A stretch of 64,000 nucleotides of DNA from Candidatus Micrarchaeia archaeon. GTDB lineage: Archaea > Micrarchaeota > Micrarchaeia > CAILAH01. The notes under the pieces are model-generated. The model saw only the letters and a list, made by a program, of their open reading frames with translations. It searched no databases and had not been told where the DNA came from. Both the position numbers and the translations under genes were made by a program. The stretch's first letter is position 1; every line of letters begins with the position of its first letter. The stretch lies in NCBI GenBank assembly GCA_038874595.1, contig JAVZCB010000001.1, forward strand, positions 161,052 through 225,051, written 5' to 3'. Below are positions 18,134 to 27,840 of the stretch, piece after piece.

Positions 18134-18781
18134 ATGCTTGACACAGAAACAAAGGATGAAATAAGAAAACGGCTTTCTGCTATGCGGAATGAGGTTGAGA
18201 TACTGTTTTTTCCCGGTCCCGATGAGAACTCAATACGCTTACACGAGCTATTAGCTGAACTTAGCGGTATCACACCAAAACTTAAAGTTGTATTTTATGA
18301 TGAAACTGCACCCGAGACCGCCAGCTTTTCAATACAAAACGTCCCTGTGATGGTATTCCGCGGGCCGGGCATAAAAGGAGACGCAAGATTTTATGGGTTC
18401 CCAGGAGGCCTCGAATTTCCTATGTTTATAGAGTTTATAGCGCTTGCAGGAAGTACAGAACGCACAGGGCCGCTAACAGGCGTTATACCTCTTGTGAAGG
18501 ATACGCTTCTTGTGGAATCACTTGTCTCCCCAACGTGTCACTTCTGCCCTACGGCAGCATATCTTACACTTAAGCTTGCAACGATGGGTGAGCATATCAA
18601 AGGGTATGTGTATGAGATACAAGAATTCCCGCACCTTGCACAGAAATACCAGGTCCAGGCAGTTCCAAGGACTATAATAAATGAGGGAAAGCTGGATATA
18701 CGCGGTGCACAGCCTGAGGATGTTCTCGCAATGCTCATTAAGAAGATGCTTACAGGGCAGCTTAACACAAATAACAACTAA
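18134..18781 (+). CDS. Protein disulfide oxidoreductase (PDO / AhpF N-terminal domain-like)
   Basis: RFYGFPGGLEF, SPTCHFCP, QAVPRTIIN; first thioredoxin unit lacks CxxC. Confidence 0.88.
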   Translation: MLDTETKDEIRKRLSAMRNEVEILFFPGPDENSIRLHELLAELSGITPKLKVVFYDETAPETASFSIQNVPVMVFRGPGIKGDARFYGFPGGLEFPMFIEFIALAGSTERTGPLTGVIPLVKDTLLVESLVSPTCHFCPTAAYLTLKLATMGEHIKGYVYEIQEFPHLAQKYQVQAVPRTIINEGKLDIRGAQPEDVLAMLIKKMLTGQLNTNNN

Positions 18782-18836
18782 AATGCAACTGCGCTGGATT
18801 CATTACATGTTCAACACCCAAATGTGTTATGTTTAG

Positions 18837-19727
18837 CTACTCCAGTTTAAGTATGTCATTTATTTGCTCAACACTTTTACAATGACTTATTTTTTCTCTG
18901 ATATCTGCGGCACCGCCAAAACCTCTTATTATCTGCAGTGCCTTTTGCCGTATATCATTCACATTGCAAGTGCCAAGCTGATTGCATACTTCAATATACT
19001 CCCTAATAGTATCTAGGCAATCGCCTTTTTCGCGCGCCATTAAATTCGAAAAGCATTTCGGATTGCCCATTGCGGCCCGCCCGATCATAAATGCATCACA
19101 GTATCCATCTTTAATTTTTTCTTCACCATCTTTCCTGCAAGTTAGGTCACCGTTCCCAACTAAAGGCACATCAACAGCATCTTTTACACATCGGATCTCC
19201 TCCCAATCAGCTTTTCCAGAGTACCCTTGCTTTGGTGTTCGCCCGTGCACAGTAATAAAATCAATACCCTCCTCAGCAATCGCTCTTGCAAACGCAATCG
19301 TTTCTTCGTGTGCCCCAGCAAGCCGCATCTTAATCGAAAGAACTTTAATCCCTGCACGCATTTGCCTTATAATATCAGCCACAGTATCCGGGGACTTAAG
19401 AAGCGCACTACCTGCACCTGGCTCACATACTCTATAAGACGGGCAACCGCAGTTTAAATCAACCCATTTCAGCGAAGGAAATTTTTGTAATAACACATCC
19501 AGTGCAATTTTGAAATCGGCTGGGCGCGCCCCAAACAGCTGTATACCATCATCAAACTCAGGGCTGTAATCAATCTTCTCCGCATAGCGAGGATTACGTG
19601 CGATAGCGGTCGCACTTACAAGAGGTACAACCACCAAATCAGCACCGTACTTTTTGCAGAGTTTCCTAAAAGGTGCCGTTGTATACTCGCTCAACGGTGC
19701 AAGAATCGCCTTGTTTTTTATATTCAT
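18837..19727 (-). CDS. dus: tRNA-dihydrouridine synthase
   Basis: ILAPL, DLNCGCP, GAGSALL, VHGRT, GNGD, MIGRA. Confidence 0.93.
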   Translation of the reverse strand: MNIKNKAILAPLSEYTTAPFRKLCKKYGADLVVVPLVSATAIARNPRYAEKIDYSPEFDDGIQLFGARPADFKIALDVLLQKFPSLKWVDLNCGCPSYRVCEPGAGSALLKSPDTVADIIRQMRAGIKVLSIKMRLAGAHEETIAFARAIAEEGIDFITVHGRTPKQGYSGKADWEEIRCVKDAVDVPLVGNGDLTCRKDGEEKIKDGYCDAFMIGRAAMGNPKCFSNLMAREKGDCLDTIREYIEVCNQLGTCNVNDIRQKALQIIRGFGGAADIREKISHCKSVEQINDILKLE

Positions 19728-19740
19728 TATGCACACCAAA

Positions 19741-21474
19741 TTACTCAGAACGCTTGAATTTTTTCTCAATGTCCCCCCAACTCATCCTTATGGTTGTTGG
19801 CCTCCCATGGGGGCAAGTATAAGGATTCCTGCATCTGGCAAGCGCTGCAAGAAGTGCGTTCATCTCAGGAATGGTAAGCTCATCACCTCCCTTGATAGCT
19901 TTCCTACACGCACGTGTGGCAATCCTGTGGTCAAGCGTCTCATCAATCGTAACTGGCCCGTTAGCATTTTCCCTTAATTCATCTAGCACATCGCGGATAA
20001 CTTCTGCATCAAAAGCTTTCCCAAAAAGTGCCGGAATAGATATCAGTGCATACTCGCTCCTTCCAGCCATCTCAACAAAAAACCCATACCTTTCAAGCAA
20101 ATTTTTGTTTTGCTCTATTATTTTCTCATCATCGTGGCCAACCGTAAACAGGAAAGGCTTAAGCAACTTGTTCACAGCAACAGCATTCTCCTTGAGCTGC
20201 TGCGTAAACTTCTCATAAAAAACGCGCTCTTGAGCCGCGTGCTGGTCTATCAGCACTAAACCATCATTATCATACCCTATTATGTAGGTCTTGTTTAACT
20301 GCCCCAATGCACGAATGTATAAAAATTCTTCGCCTGGTTGTGTAATGCTCTTTTTCTCCTCAGAGTGGCCTGATTTATGAGTGTTTGTAACTGTATCGGT
20401 TAATACGGTTTGTAATCCTTTTTCTGTGGCATATGCATGTGCCGGCCTGGACATCTTACCATCCGCGCTTGCTATTATTGTTTGGCTGCTGCCCTGAAGA
20501 GATTTTTGTATGGCATTGATAATCATATCCTCAATAAAATGCTCATTCTTAAATTTGACCTCTTCTTTTGATGGGTGTATGTTTACATCAATCATCTCAG
20601 GAGAAAGCCTTATGTGAAGTATTGCAACAGGATATCTTCCAAGGAATATCTTGTCTGAATACCCACGCTCAACTGCACTGGTGATTGTGCTGCTTTTCAC
20701 GAGCCGCCCGTTTATGAATATTACCTGATACTCCCTCGTCTTTCTCGAGTATCCAATTTTAGATACGTATCCACTTATGCGTATATTTTCATTATGATGC
20801 TCAACCCGGATTACATTTTCTGCAGTTTCCTGGCCGAAAGCATGAAACACTTTCCCAAGCTCATCACACTGTGGCGATCGAAACACCTCAGTACCATCCT
20901 TGTATAGCGTGAATGCTATGTTTGGGCTGGCAAGTGAGTACTTTGTAACAAGTGACATAATCTTAGATGCCTCTGCCTCATCTGACTTAAGAAAGTTTAA
21001 GCGCACCGGAAACCTGCTGAACAGGTTCCGCACCTCAACAATAGTGCCCCTAACAATCGGTGATTCCTGGATTTTGGTTGGTATCCCATCATCACCAAAT
21101 TCGGCTGCGTACCCAATATTAGCGCCATTTTTTATAGATTGCACCGAAAGCACACTCACAGCCGCAATGCTCGCAAGGGCCTCACCTCTAAACCCAAGAG
21201 TGCCTATCCTCTCAAGATCCTGGATGCTATGCACCTTGCTGGTTGTGAACCTCCTGCTGCATATTTCTAAGTCATTCCTATCCATCCCCTTGCCGTTATC
21301 AATTACCCTTACCAAACGTTTCCCGCCTTTCTCAATATATACTTTAATATCATCTGCGCCGGCATCTATACTATTTTCAATAAGTTCTTTTACCACTGAG
21401 TATGGAGATGTAATTACTTCACCTGCAGCTATTTTCTCGCGCAACGCCTGCGGCATCTCAATTATTTCACCCAT
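19741..21474 (-). CDS. mutL: DNA mismatch repair endonuclease MutL
   Basis: IAAGEV, KELIENSIDAGA, GFRGEAL, DQHAAQERVFYE, ACR, CPHGRP. Confidence 0.97.
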   Translation of the reverse strand: MGEIIEMPQALREKIAAGEVITSPYSVVKELIENSIDAGADDIKVYIEKGGKRLVRVIDNGKGMDRNDLEICSRRFTTSKVHSIQDLERIGTLGFRGEALASIAAVSVLSVQSIKNGANIGYAAEFGDDGIPTKIQESPIVRGTIVEVRNLFSRFPVRLNFLKSDEAEASKIMSLVTKYSLASPNIAFTLYKDGTEVFRSPQCDELGKVFHAFGQETAENVIRVEHHNENIRISGYVSKIGYSRKTREYQVIFINGRLVKSSTITSAVERGYSDKIFLGRYPVAILHIRLSPEMIDVNIHPSKEEVKFKNEHFIEDMIINAIQKSLQGSSQTIIASADGKMSRPAHAYATEKGLQTVLTDTVTNTHKSGHSEEKKSITQPGEEFLYIRALGQLNKTYIIGYDNDGLVLIDQHAAQERVFYEKFTQQLKENAVAVNKLLKPFLFTVGHDDEKIIEQNKNLLERYGFFVEMAGRSEYALISIPALFGKAFDAEVIRDVLDELRENANGPVTIDETLDHRIATRACRKAIKGGDELTIPEMNALLAALARCRNPYTCPHGRPTTIRMSWGDIEKKFKRSE

Positions 21475-21508
21475 ATAGATAACACCTAATTTTTCAAACC
21501 TTGCTAGG

Positions 21509-24031
21509 CTACCAGCTTTCAATGCTGGTTTGCCGGTCCTCTCTCAGGCTCTTTTTGCCGTGTGCAAGCCTATGCAGTGTCTCTTTGTGCACGAAATCGT
21601 TCTGTTCCAAGCTTTTTGAGAGCTGTGCTGCCTTGTCAACAACTTCGCGTGGCAGGCCGGCAATCCTGGCTACGTGCACACCATAACTCTTATCAGTGCC
21701 GCCCTGCACAAGCTTATGCAGAAATACAACGGAATTCCCGCTTTCCTCAACTGAGACATTGTAGTTGTTTATGTATGGGTACTTTACAGAAAGCAGGTTA
21801 AGAAGATGATAATGTGTTGCAAACATCGTCTTGCATTTTATTTTTTCTGCTATATATTCAATGATTGCCCACGCGATAGCCATCCCGTCATAAGTAGATG
21901 TGCCCCTGCCGACCTCATCAAGAATAACCAAAGAGCGGCTTGTCGCATTGTTAAGTATGTTTGCGCATTCAACCATCTCTGCCATAAACGTAGACTGGCC
22001 ACGGGTAATATCATCGCGTGCTCCAACACGCGTGAACACCCTGTCTATCAAAGGTATCTGTGCGCTTTCAGCAGGCACAAAACAACCTATGTGTGCCATT
22101 ATAGAAATTAGCGCAACCTGTCGCATCACTGTTGATTTCCCAGCCATATTTGGGCCGGTGATTACCATGATTAGGTTATCATTATCAAGCCTTGTATCGT
22201 TAGGCACAAAATTTATTGTAACCCTCTCAACCACTGGGTGCCTACCGCCAATTATTACGAGCGCCCCATCTTCAATAATCGTAGGCCTTTTGTACCTGTT
22301 TTCATAAGATACCTTTGCAAAGCTCTGGTATATGTCAAGCTCTGCAATATATGAAGAAAGGGCGTACATCCTGCTTGTGTACCCACTAAGGTATTCTACA
22401 ATCTTATCATAAATCTCCTGCTCAAGCTCCTTGATTCTCTCCTCTGCGTTGAGGACCATAACCTCCGCTTCTTTCAGCCTTGGGGAAATAAACCGCTCAC
22501 TTGCAAGCTGTGTCTGCTTGCGTATGTATTCCTGAGGCACTTTATCAGCCTGGCTTTTTGGGACTTCAATAAAATATCCTATTATCTTGTTGTATCTTAT
22601 CTTCAGTGTTTTTATTCCTGTCCTCTCCCGCTCTTCCTCCTCGAGCTTCTCCAGCCATTGGTGTGAGTTTCCAATCATATCTCTTAACTGGTCCAGCTCA
22701 TCAGAATATCCTTTCTTAATCACGCCACCTTCGCGTACGAGCTGTTTTGTGTTTTCATCTATCCCTATCCCTATCTGCTTTACCACATCATCAAGTGGCT
22801 CCGAAGCGATAAACTCATCAAAGAATTTCCCATGCATCTTATACTCAGCAAGCATCTGCTTCAGCTCGTTTGCCTTCTCGATTGACTGTTTAAGCATCAG
22901 CAACTCACGAGGTAGTACGCTTCTGTAATTAATGCGGGTTGCAATCCTCTCTATATCACCTATGGATGAGAGTGTGCTTCTTATCTTTTCGAGATGTATC
23001 GGATTGAGCGTAAGCGCTTCAACATTATCAAGCCGTTCATCAATCCTCTTCTTATCCAGCAGCGGTGAAGAGAGCCAGCGCTTGAGCATACGCCCGCCCA
23101 TCGGTGTCACAGTCCTGTCAAGCACGCTTAAAAGTGTGCCCTTTTCACTTCCATCGGCTTGGTTCACAAGCAGGTCAAGATTGCGCATTGTTGTAGCATC
23201 AATAACCATATTCTTAGAAGTGCTATAATACGAAATCTTGTGCAGCCTAGGTAGTGTAGACCCAGCAGCAGTGTATTCCATATATGAAAGCATTCCTGAA
23301 ACTGCCCTCTTCGCATATGGGAACTCTTCTAACCCATAAGGCGCAAAAGATGCAGCACTGCCTGATTTGGATAAAACATACTCTCCGTTTTTCTCATCAA
23401 ACTTGTACGCTTCAATCTCAGTCCTCTTAAACCCATACTCGCGCTCCAGCCTATCGAGCCAATCATATTCCTGCGTTGCGCCTTTTGGCAGTATAACTTC
23501 CGCTGGCCGGTACTTCTCAAACTCAGTATCAATACCATCTTTTGCAAGCTCAGTTGTGAACGCCTCACCTGTCGAGATATCACAGGCACACAGGCCTATC
23601 TTACCTCCATCTGAAAATATACTAAGAATATAGTTGTTTGCTTTCTCGTTCATCAGTGCAGGCTCAATCAGCGTCCCGGGGGTTATTACCCTTACGACAC
23701 CCCTCTTTACCAATCCTTTGGCCTTGCGTGGGTCTTCAAGCTGCTCAGCTATAACTACCTTGTGCCCTTTTCCCATAAGCTTTTTCAAGTACTGCTCAAG
23801 TGCGTGGTAAGGTATGCCCGCAAGCGGCGCCTTCGCATCATTCTTCCCGCGTGATGTGAGGACTATCTGCAGGTCGCGCGATACTATTTTTGCATCCTCA
23901 TAGAACGTCTCGTAAAAATCACCCATCCTGAATAAAACTAAGCAATCAGGATACTTCTTTTTTATCTCCCAATACTGTGCCATTGCAGGAGTAATCCTCC
24001 CTGTAACGCTTTCCCCCACCATCGCTTCCAT
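21509..24031 (-). CDS. mutS: DNA mismatch repair protein MutS (MutS1)
   Basis: TPAMAQY, FRMGDFYE, TGPNMAGKST, STFMAEM, DEVGRGTST, ATHY, SYGVHVA. Confidence 0.97.
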   Translation of the reverse strand: MEAMVGESVTGRITPAMAQYWEIKKKYPDCLVLFRMGDFYETFYEDAKIVSRDLQIVLTSRGKNDAKAPLAGIPYHALEQYLKKLMGKGHKVVIAEQLEDPRKAKGLVKRGVVRVITPGTLIEPALMNEKANNYILSIFSDGGKIGLCACDISTGEAFTTELAKDGIDTEFEKYRPAEVILPKGATQEYDWLDRLEREYGFKRTEIEAYKFDEKNGEYVLSKSGSAASFAPYGLEEFPYAKRAVSGMLSYMEYTAAGSTLPRLHKISYYSTSKNMVIDATTMRNLDLLVNQADGSEKGTLLSVLDRTVTPMGGRMLKRWLSSPLLDKKRIDERLDNVEALTLNPIHLEKIRSTLSSIGDIERIATRINYRSVLPRELLMLKQSIEKANELKQMLAEYKMHGKFFDEFIASEPLDDVVKQIGIGIDENTKQLVREGGVIKKGYSDELDQLRDMIGNSHQWLEKLEEEERERTGIKTLKIRYNKIIGYFIEVPKSQADKVPQEYIRKQTQLASERFISPRLKEAEVMVLNAEERIKELEQEIYDKIVEYLSGYTSRMYALSSYIAELDIYQSFAKVSYENRYKRPTIIEDGALVIIGGRHPVVERVTINFVPNDTRLDNDNLIMVITGPNMAGKSTVMRQVALISIMAHIGCFVPAESAQIPLIDRVFTRVGARDDITRGQSTFMAEMVECANILNNATSRSLVILDEVGRGTSTYDGMAIAWAIIEYIAEKIKCKTMFATHYHLLNLLSVKYPYINNYNVSVEESGNSVVFLHKLVQGGTDKSYGVHVARIAGLPREVVDKAAQLSKSLEQNDFVHKETLHRLAHGKKSLREDRQTSIESW

Positions 24032-24066
24032 TAGGAATTGATTATTTTTAATGGTTTACCTGCTGC

Positions 24067-24408
24067 CTAACGTTCCCCGCTATTTTTAACAAGGTTTGAA
24101 ACGGTTATCCAGTCATCAATTATAGTCTTTGCATTACCTAGGCACTCCTCCATCATCAATTCGCTCTCCAGCCCGTACTTAAGCTCTCCTGCAAGAACAA
24201 TCCCTAGTGATGCAGCATCCTCCTGCCTGCATATCTTCTCAAGCTCTTCTATTTTTGGAGCAAGCCGTGGAAATTCTGCCTTTGCCTTTGTAACCGCCTC
24301 CGTCAACTCCTTATCGTATTTCCCACCTGCAAGCTTTTCGGTGCAGGTCCTTAGAAAAGTCACCTGTATCCGTACTTCCTCAGGGTCTGGTTTTTTGCTT
24401 TTTGTCAT
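24067..24408 (-). CDS. Small helical hypothetical protein (candidate immunity/partner of the upstream gene)
   Basis: GGTGA RBS; starts 11 nt after the stop of 24420-26318. Confidence 0.6.
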   Translation of the reverse strand: MTKSKKPDPEEVRIQVTFLRTCTEKLAGGKYDKELTEAVTKAKAEFPRLAPKIEELEKICRQEDAASLGIVLAGELKYGLESELMMEECLGNAKTIIDDWITVSNLVKNSGER

Positions 24409-24419
24409 AATATCACCTT

Positions 24420-26318
24420 CTAATAACTCATAAAATAATGTAACATCGCAATGGAATCACGGGCCCACGGCGAAATATCGGCACCTTCCATATGAAGCCT
24501 TGCAATTGTACGATTGATATCTTTAACGCGCGGTAGAATCTGCTTAATCGTGTCTTCATTTACACCCATCCTGGAAAGCATCTTTGTAGTTACTATGTCA
24601 TCAATTTCATCTGCGGTGCCCACAAAAAACCTAAGCTTTACTTTTGTATTGCCTACAATTGCTTTTATCTCTAGCCCGTTTATCCTTGAGAGATTCTTTG
24701 CGACATCATCTGATTCAATGGAATATGTTAGTGCTGCCTTTTGGGATATTGCCTTTGCCTCTTCCTTGGTTATTTTACCGCTGGATACGAGCGCATCAAA
24801 CGCGGCAGCTGTCATGCTATCTGCATTTATATGACCAAACTGGTTAGCTGTGCTCGGCCCGATTAAGTTCAGGTTAGCCTGATGCACTGCTTTGTTGTTT
24901 GATTCAGTTATCTTCTTTAGCGCATTTTGCATTTTTGGGTCCTCAAATTCGTATAAAACCTTTATTTGCAACCCAGTTGTCCTCTCAGGTGGTGATTTTT
25001 TCATCAGCTTAACTTTGCGCAGCCCATCAACAAAATTGTACACAATCTTCTTTTCTGAATCTGACAACGATTTAAGCGAATGCTGAATCTCAGCATCATT
25101 AATCAGCTCGCTTAAGCTAAACGGAACTTCCTTGCCAGCACTCTTGTACATAACCTTGCCTTCCCTAATAACAATATCTGTTGAGAGTATTGATGCTTTG
25201 GCACATTTTTCCTCAAACCCAAGCGAGCTTTTAATCCCATATCTCTTAAAAACCTCTTTTGCTGACTCCTTAAGCGCACCTTGTATTTCTTTCTCAAGCC
25301 CTTTTCGGCCGAGTATAACTACCTCATCACCCTTCTCAGTAATCCTGACTACATATAAGCCTTTATTACTGAGCTTTTTCATTGCCTCAAAATAAACCAG
25401 AAGCCCAAGATCACCGGCTTTTGTGTCTATACCGTTAAGCAACCACGTACCGCTCTTGTCAAGCACGTATACACATCCATCCTTAGCAATCTCTTCAATG
25501 TTCGCGTATTTTTTAACCAGCATATCAAGCGAGCCATCAACCTTTTCCAGTGACTTAAAAATGCTTTCTGTATGATATGGAATCGATTTACGGGCGACCT
25601 CTAGCTTATCGGTCACTTCCGCAGGGATTTGTTTCACAAAATCATCTGCCCGCCTAATTACCTCTTCTGTTGATTTTAGCCCAAACAGCTTTTCGACTGC
25701 GCGGCCCTTATTCAACTTTTTGATTAATTTTATTGAGGCGGCACCGCCGGGAATAAGCATGAGCGCACCTACAATATATAGGTTTATGCGCGCAAGTGAT
25801 GCATTCTCGCCTTCCTTAACTGCCTTATCATAATCAAGCATTGCAGTGGTAACAGCCACCGGCCCACCGACTACCGGGACTGATTCTGCAGCTGTTCTCA
25901 TAGCTTCTTTTTTGAGCATTGCCCACGGTGAATTTTTCAAATAGTCATCAAGAAATTTTTTTGTCTTAAGATTCAGCTCATACGCTTGTTTTGACCTGTT
26001 GAGCGCAAAATCCTTAATCTCATATGCGGACAGTGCTAAACTAGATTCGTTAAGCTCCTTTATCAAGTGGTCAACCTGCTTAATCACAGACTTGCAGTTT
26101 TCTTCTGCAGCAATTAATTGTATATGCTGCGGGGACTCCTTTCTCAGCTCTTGTGTAGTTTTCAAGTAATACTCAGCCGATTTCTTAATTGATGTGAGGT
26201 ATTTGAGCGCATTCAGGTATGCCTGCACTTTCTCTATCTGGGCAAACATCTGCATCTGCTCTTCTTGAGTTAGGATGTTTCCAGATGGCTGTTGCTGTAG
26301 CATCTCTTTGGTAGGCAT
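24420..26318 (-). CDS. Polymorphic-toxin-like protein: helical N-terminus, PT-TG-like linker, degenerate GGDEF-like domain(s)
   Basis: ESVPVVGG...LMLIPGGAASIK; VLDKSGTWLLN..TKAGDLGL...VRITEKGDEVVIL; second ANQFGHINAD motif. Start moved to MPTKEM so it does not overlap the NAD kinase. Confidence 0.5.
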   Translation of the reverse strand: MPTKEMLQQQPSGNILTQEEQMQMFAQIEKVQAYLNALKYLTSIKKSAEYYLKTTQELRKESPQHIQLIAAEENCKSVIKQVDHLIKELNESSLALSAYEIKDFALNRSKQAYELNLKTKKFLDDYLKNSPWAMLKKEAMRTAAESVPVVGGPVAVTTAMLDYDKAVKEGENASLARINLYIVGALMLIPGGAASIKLIKKLNKGRAVEKLFGLKSTEEVIRRADDFVKQIPAEVTDKLEVARKSIPYHTESIFKSLEKVDGSLDMLVKKYANIEEIAKDGCVYVLDKSGTWLLNGIDTKAGDLGLLVYFEAMKKLSNKGLYVVRITEKGDEVVILGRKGLEKEIQGALKESAKEVFKRYGIKSSLGFEEKCAKASILSTDIVIREGKVMYKSAGKEVPFSLSELINDAEIQHSLKSLSDSEKKIVYNFVDGLRKVKLMKKSPPERTTGLQIKVLYEFEDPKMQNALKKITESNNKAVHQANLNLIGPSTANQFGHINADSMTAAAFDALVSSGKITKEEAKAISQKAALTYSIESDDVAKNLSRINGLEIKAIVGNTKVKLRFFVGTADEIDDIVTTKMLSRMGVNEDTIKQILPRVKDINRTIARLHMEGADISPWARDSIAMLHYFMSY

Positions 26319-26369
26319 AATATGACTATTGAGCTCTATGCTTAAATAGTTTTCCGGCAAGGTAATCTT

Positions 26370-27062
26370 ATGCCTTCGTTTTGTGTTTATGCAAATATGC
26401 AAAAAGACTGGGCTGTTGAAATGGTAATGGATATATCACAGCTGCTCATGAAAAATGGATATTCATATACAAAAGACCGCCCGGATTTCACGATTGTAAT
26501 TGGGGGTGATGGGACACTGTACCATTACCTCAGCGAGCTCAAAGGCAAGGTCCTGCTTATCGGCTCTGAAACAACTTACCGCTCACAGCTAAACAACAAA
26601 AACTGGAAATCACGCATAATCAGGCTGTTAAGGCGTGGCAAATCAGTAAGATTGCCTTTGCTTGATGTTCGGTCTGAGGGTGTAATAATCGGTAGGGCGA
26701 TGAATGATGTGGTGTTTCATACCAACGACCATAACATCGTAAAAATAAAGTACATCATTGATAAGAAAGTGGTTGAATTTTGCGGTGATGGTCTTATCAT
26801 CGCAACTCCTTTTGGCTCGTCTGCCTATTCATATTCTGCCGGTGGGAAAAAACTACCTCTTTCTTCATCATCACTTTCAATAACTCCAATTTGCCCATAC
26901 CTGAAACGCGTCAAACCTAAAGTTTCAAATACAAATGAAATAGATGTTGTTGCACCATCAAACGCATCGCTTCTTTTGGATGGAAAGCTTGCAAGGGTCT
27001 CCTGCCAGGGAAGCATCTTCACAATAACAAAATCAAGCAGGCATGTTGAGTTCCTGCAGTAA
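26370..27062 (+). CDS. nadK: NAD(+) kinase
   Basis: IGGDGT, AMND, GDGLIIATPFGSSAYSYSAGG. Confidence 0.9.
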   Translation: MPSFCVYANMQKDWAVEMVMDISQLLMKNGYSYTKDRPDFTIVIGGDGTLYHYLSELKGKVLLIGSETTYRSQLNNKNWKSRIIRLLRRGKSVRLPLLDVRSEGVIIGRAMNDVVFHTNDHNIVKIKYIIDKKVVEFCGDGLIIATPFGSSAYSYSAGGKKLPLSSSSLSITPICPYLKRVKPKVSNTNEIDVVAPSNASLLLDGKLARVSCQGSIFTITKSSRHVEFLQ

Positions 27063-27072
27063 GCCTGAGCCT

Positions 27073-27750
27073 TTATTTCTTCAGGGAGTCGTTGAACATC
27101 TTGATTTCCCTTTGAACCTCAACATTTATCAGCCAGAGCTGCTCCTGGGATATGGTTTCTATAAGGTACAACCCGTGGGTTGTAATCGCCTGTCCAGGTT
27201 TAGGCACTATATTATCAAAAGGAAGTGGGGTAAGTGTTTCCTTTGTTATGACCTGCACTATCTTGTTATCGGAAAACGCAAACGTGGTTATGTTGGCAAA
27301 AATGTTATAATTCCCACTTGATATAACCGTCCCGCACCTTACTGTACAGCTGTTCAAGCGTGTTATGAAATGTGTTCTTGCAGCATCGTTTTTTGTGTTG
27401 CATGCCATTGTCCCATCTGTTATCAATATATCCATAAGATGTGTCATGGGCCTGCCGTTCTCTTCATATGGGTAAATTCCAAGAAAATATGCATTTATGA
27501 CACGAGAGTCAAAAGTATCCAGGTTTCTCTGCATGGCAATCTTCGCACAGCGTTTCCCAAGATAAGGCAAGGATATAAGGAATTCGCGGGCTTTCTCAGT
27601 ATTTTCAAAAAGAAGCCTGTAACTGTCAATGTCAAGCTTTGGCCCGCATAATTTAAGCTGGTTGGGCGGGAATGCATACCTTAATGCACGATGGATGCCT
27701 GTTACGCCTGCTTTTTCAGTTAACATGCATATATTCCGAGAATTTAACAA
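27073..27750 (-). CDS. DUF6390-like hypothetical protein
   Basis: RYAFPPNQLKLCGP, FDSRVINAYFLG, LNSCTV, PGQAITTH pattern. Confidence 0.6.
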   Translation of the reverse strand: MLNSRNICMLTEKAGVTGIHRALRYAFPPNQLKLCGPKLDIDSYRLLFENTEKAREFLISLPYLGKRCAKIAMQRNLDTFDSRVINAYFLGIYPYEENGRPMTHLMDILITDGTMACNTKNDAARTHFITRLNSCTVRCGTVISSGNYNIFANITTFAFSDNKIVQVITKETLTPLPFDNIVPKPGQAITTHGLYLIETISQEQLWLINVEVQREIKMFNDSLKK

Positions 27751-27840
27751 TATAAAACTAAAAGTTATGGCAGTTTTTCAGACGTGGTTATATTCTGATG
27801 GCCAGAAGGGTATAAAAATAAGTTTATGCCCTAAGTATTT

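Noticed and set aside
26319-26402. N-terminal extension of the 660-aa ORF
   Set aside because: It overlaps the divergent NAD kinase start; ATG 26318 leaves a plausible bidirectional promoter.
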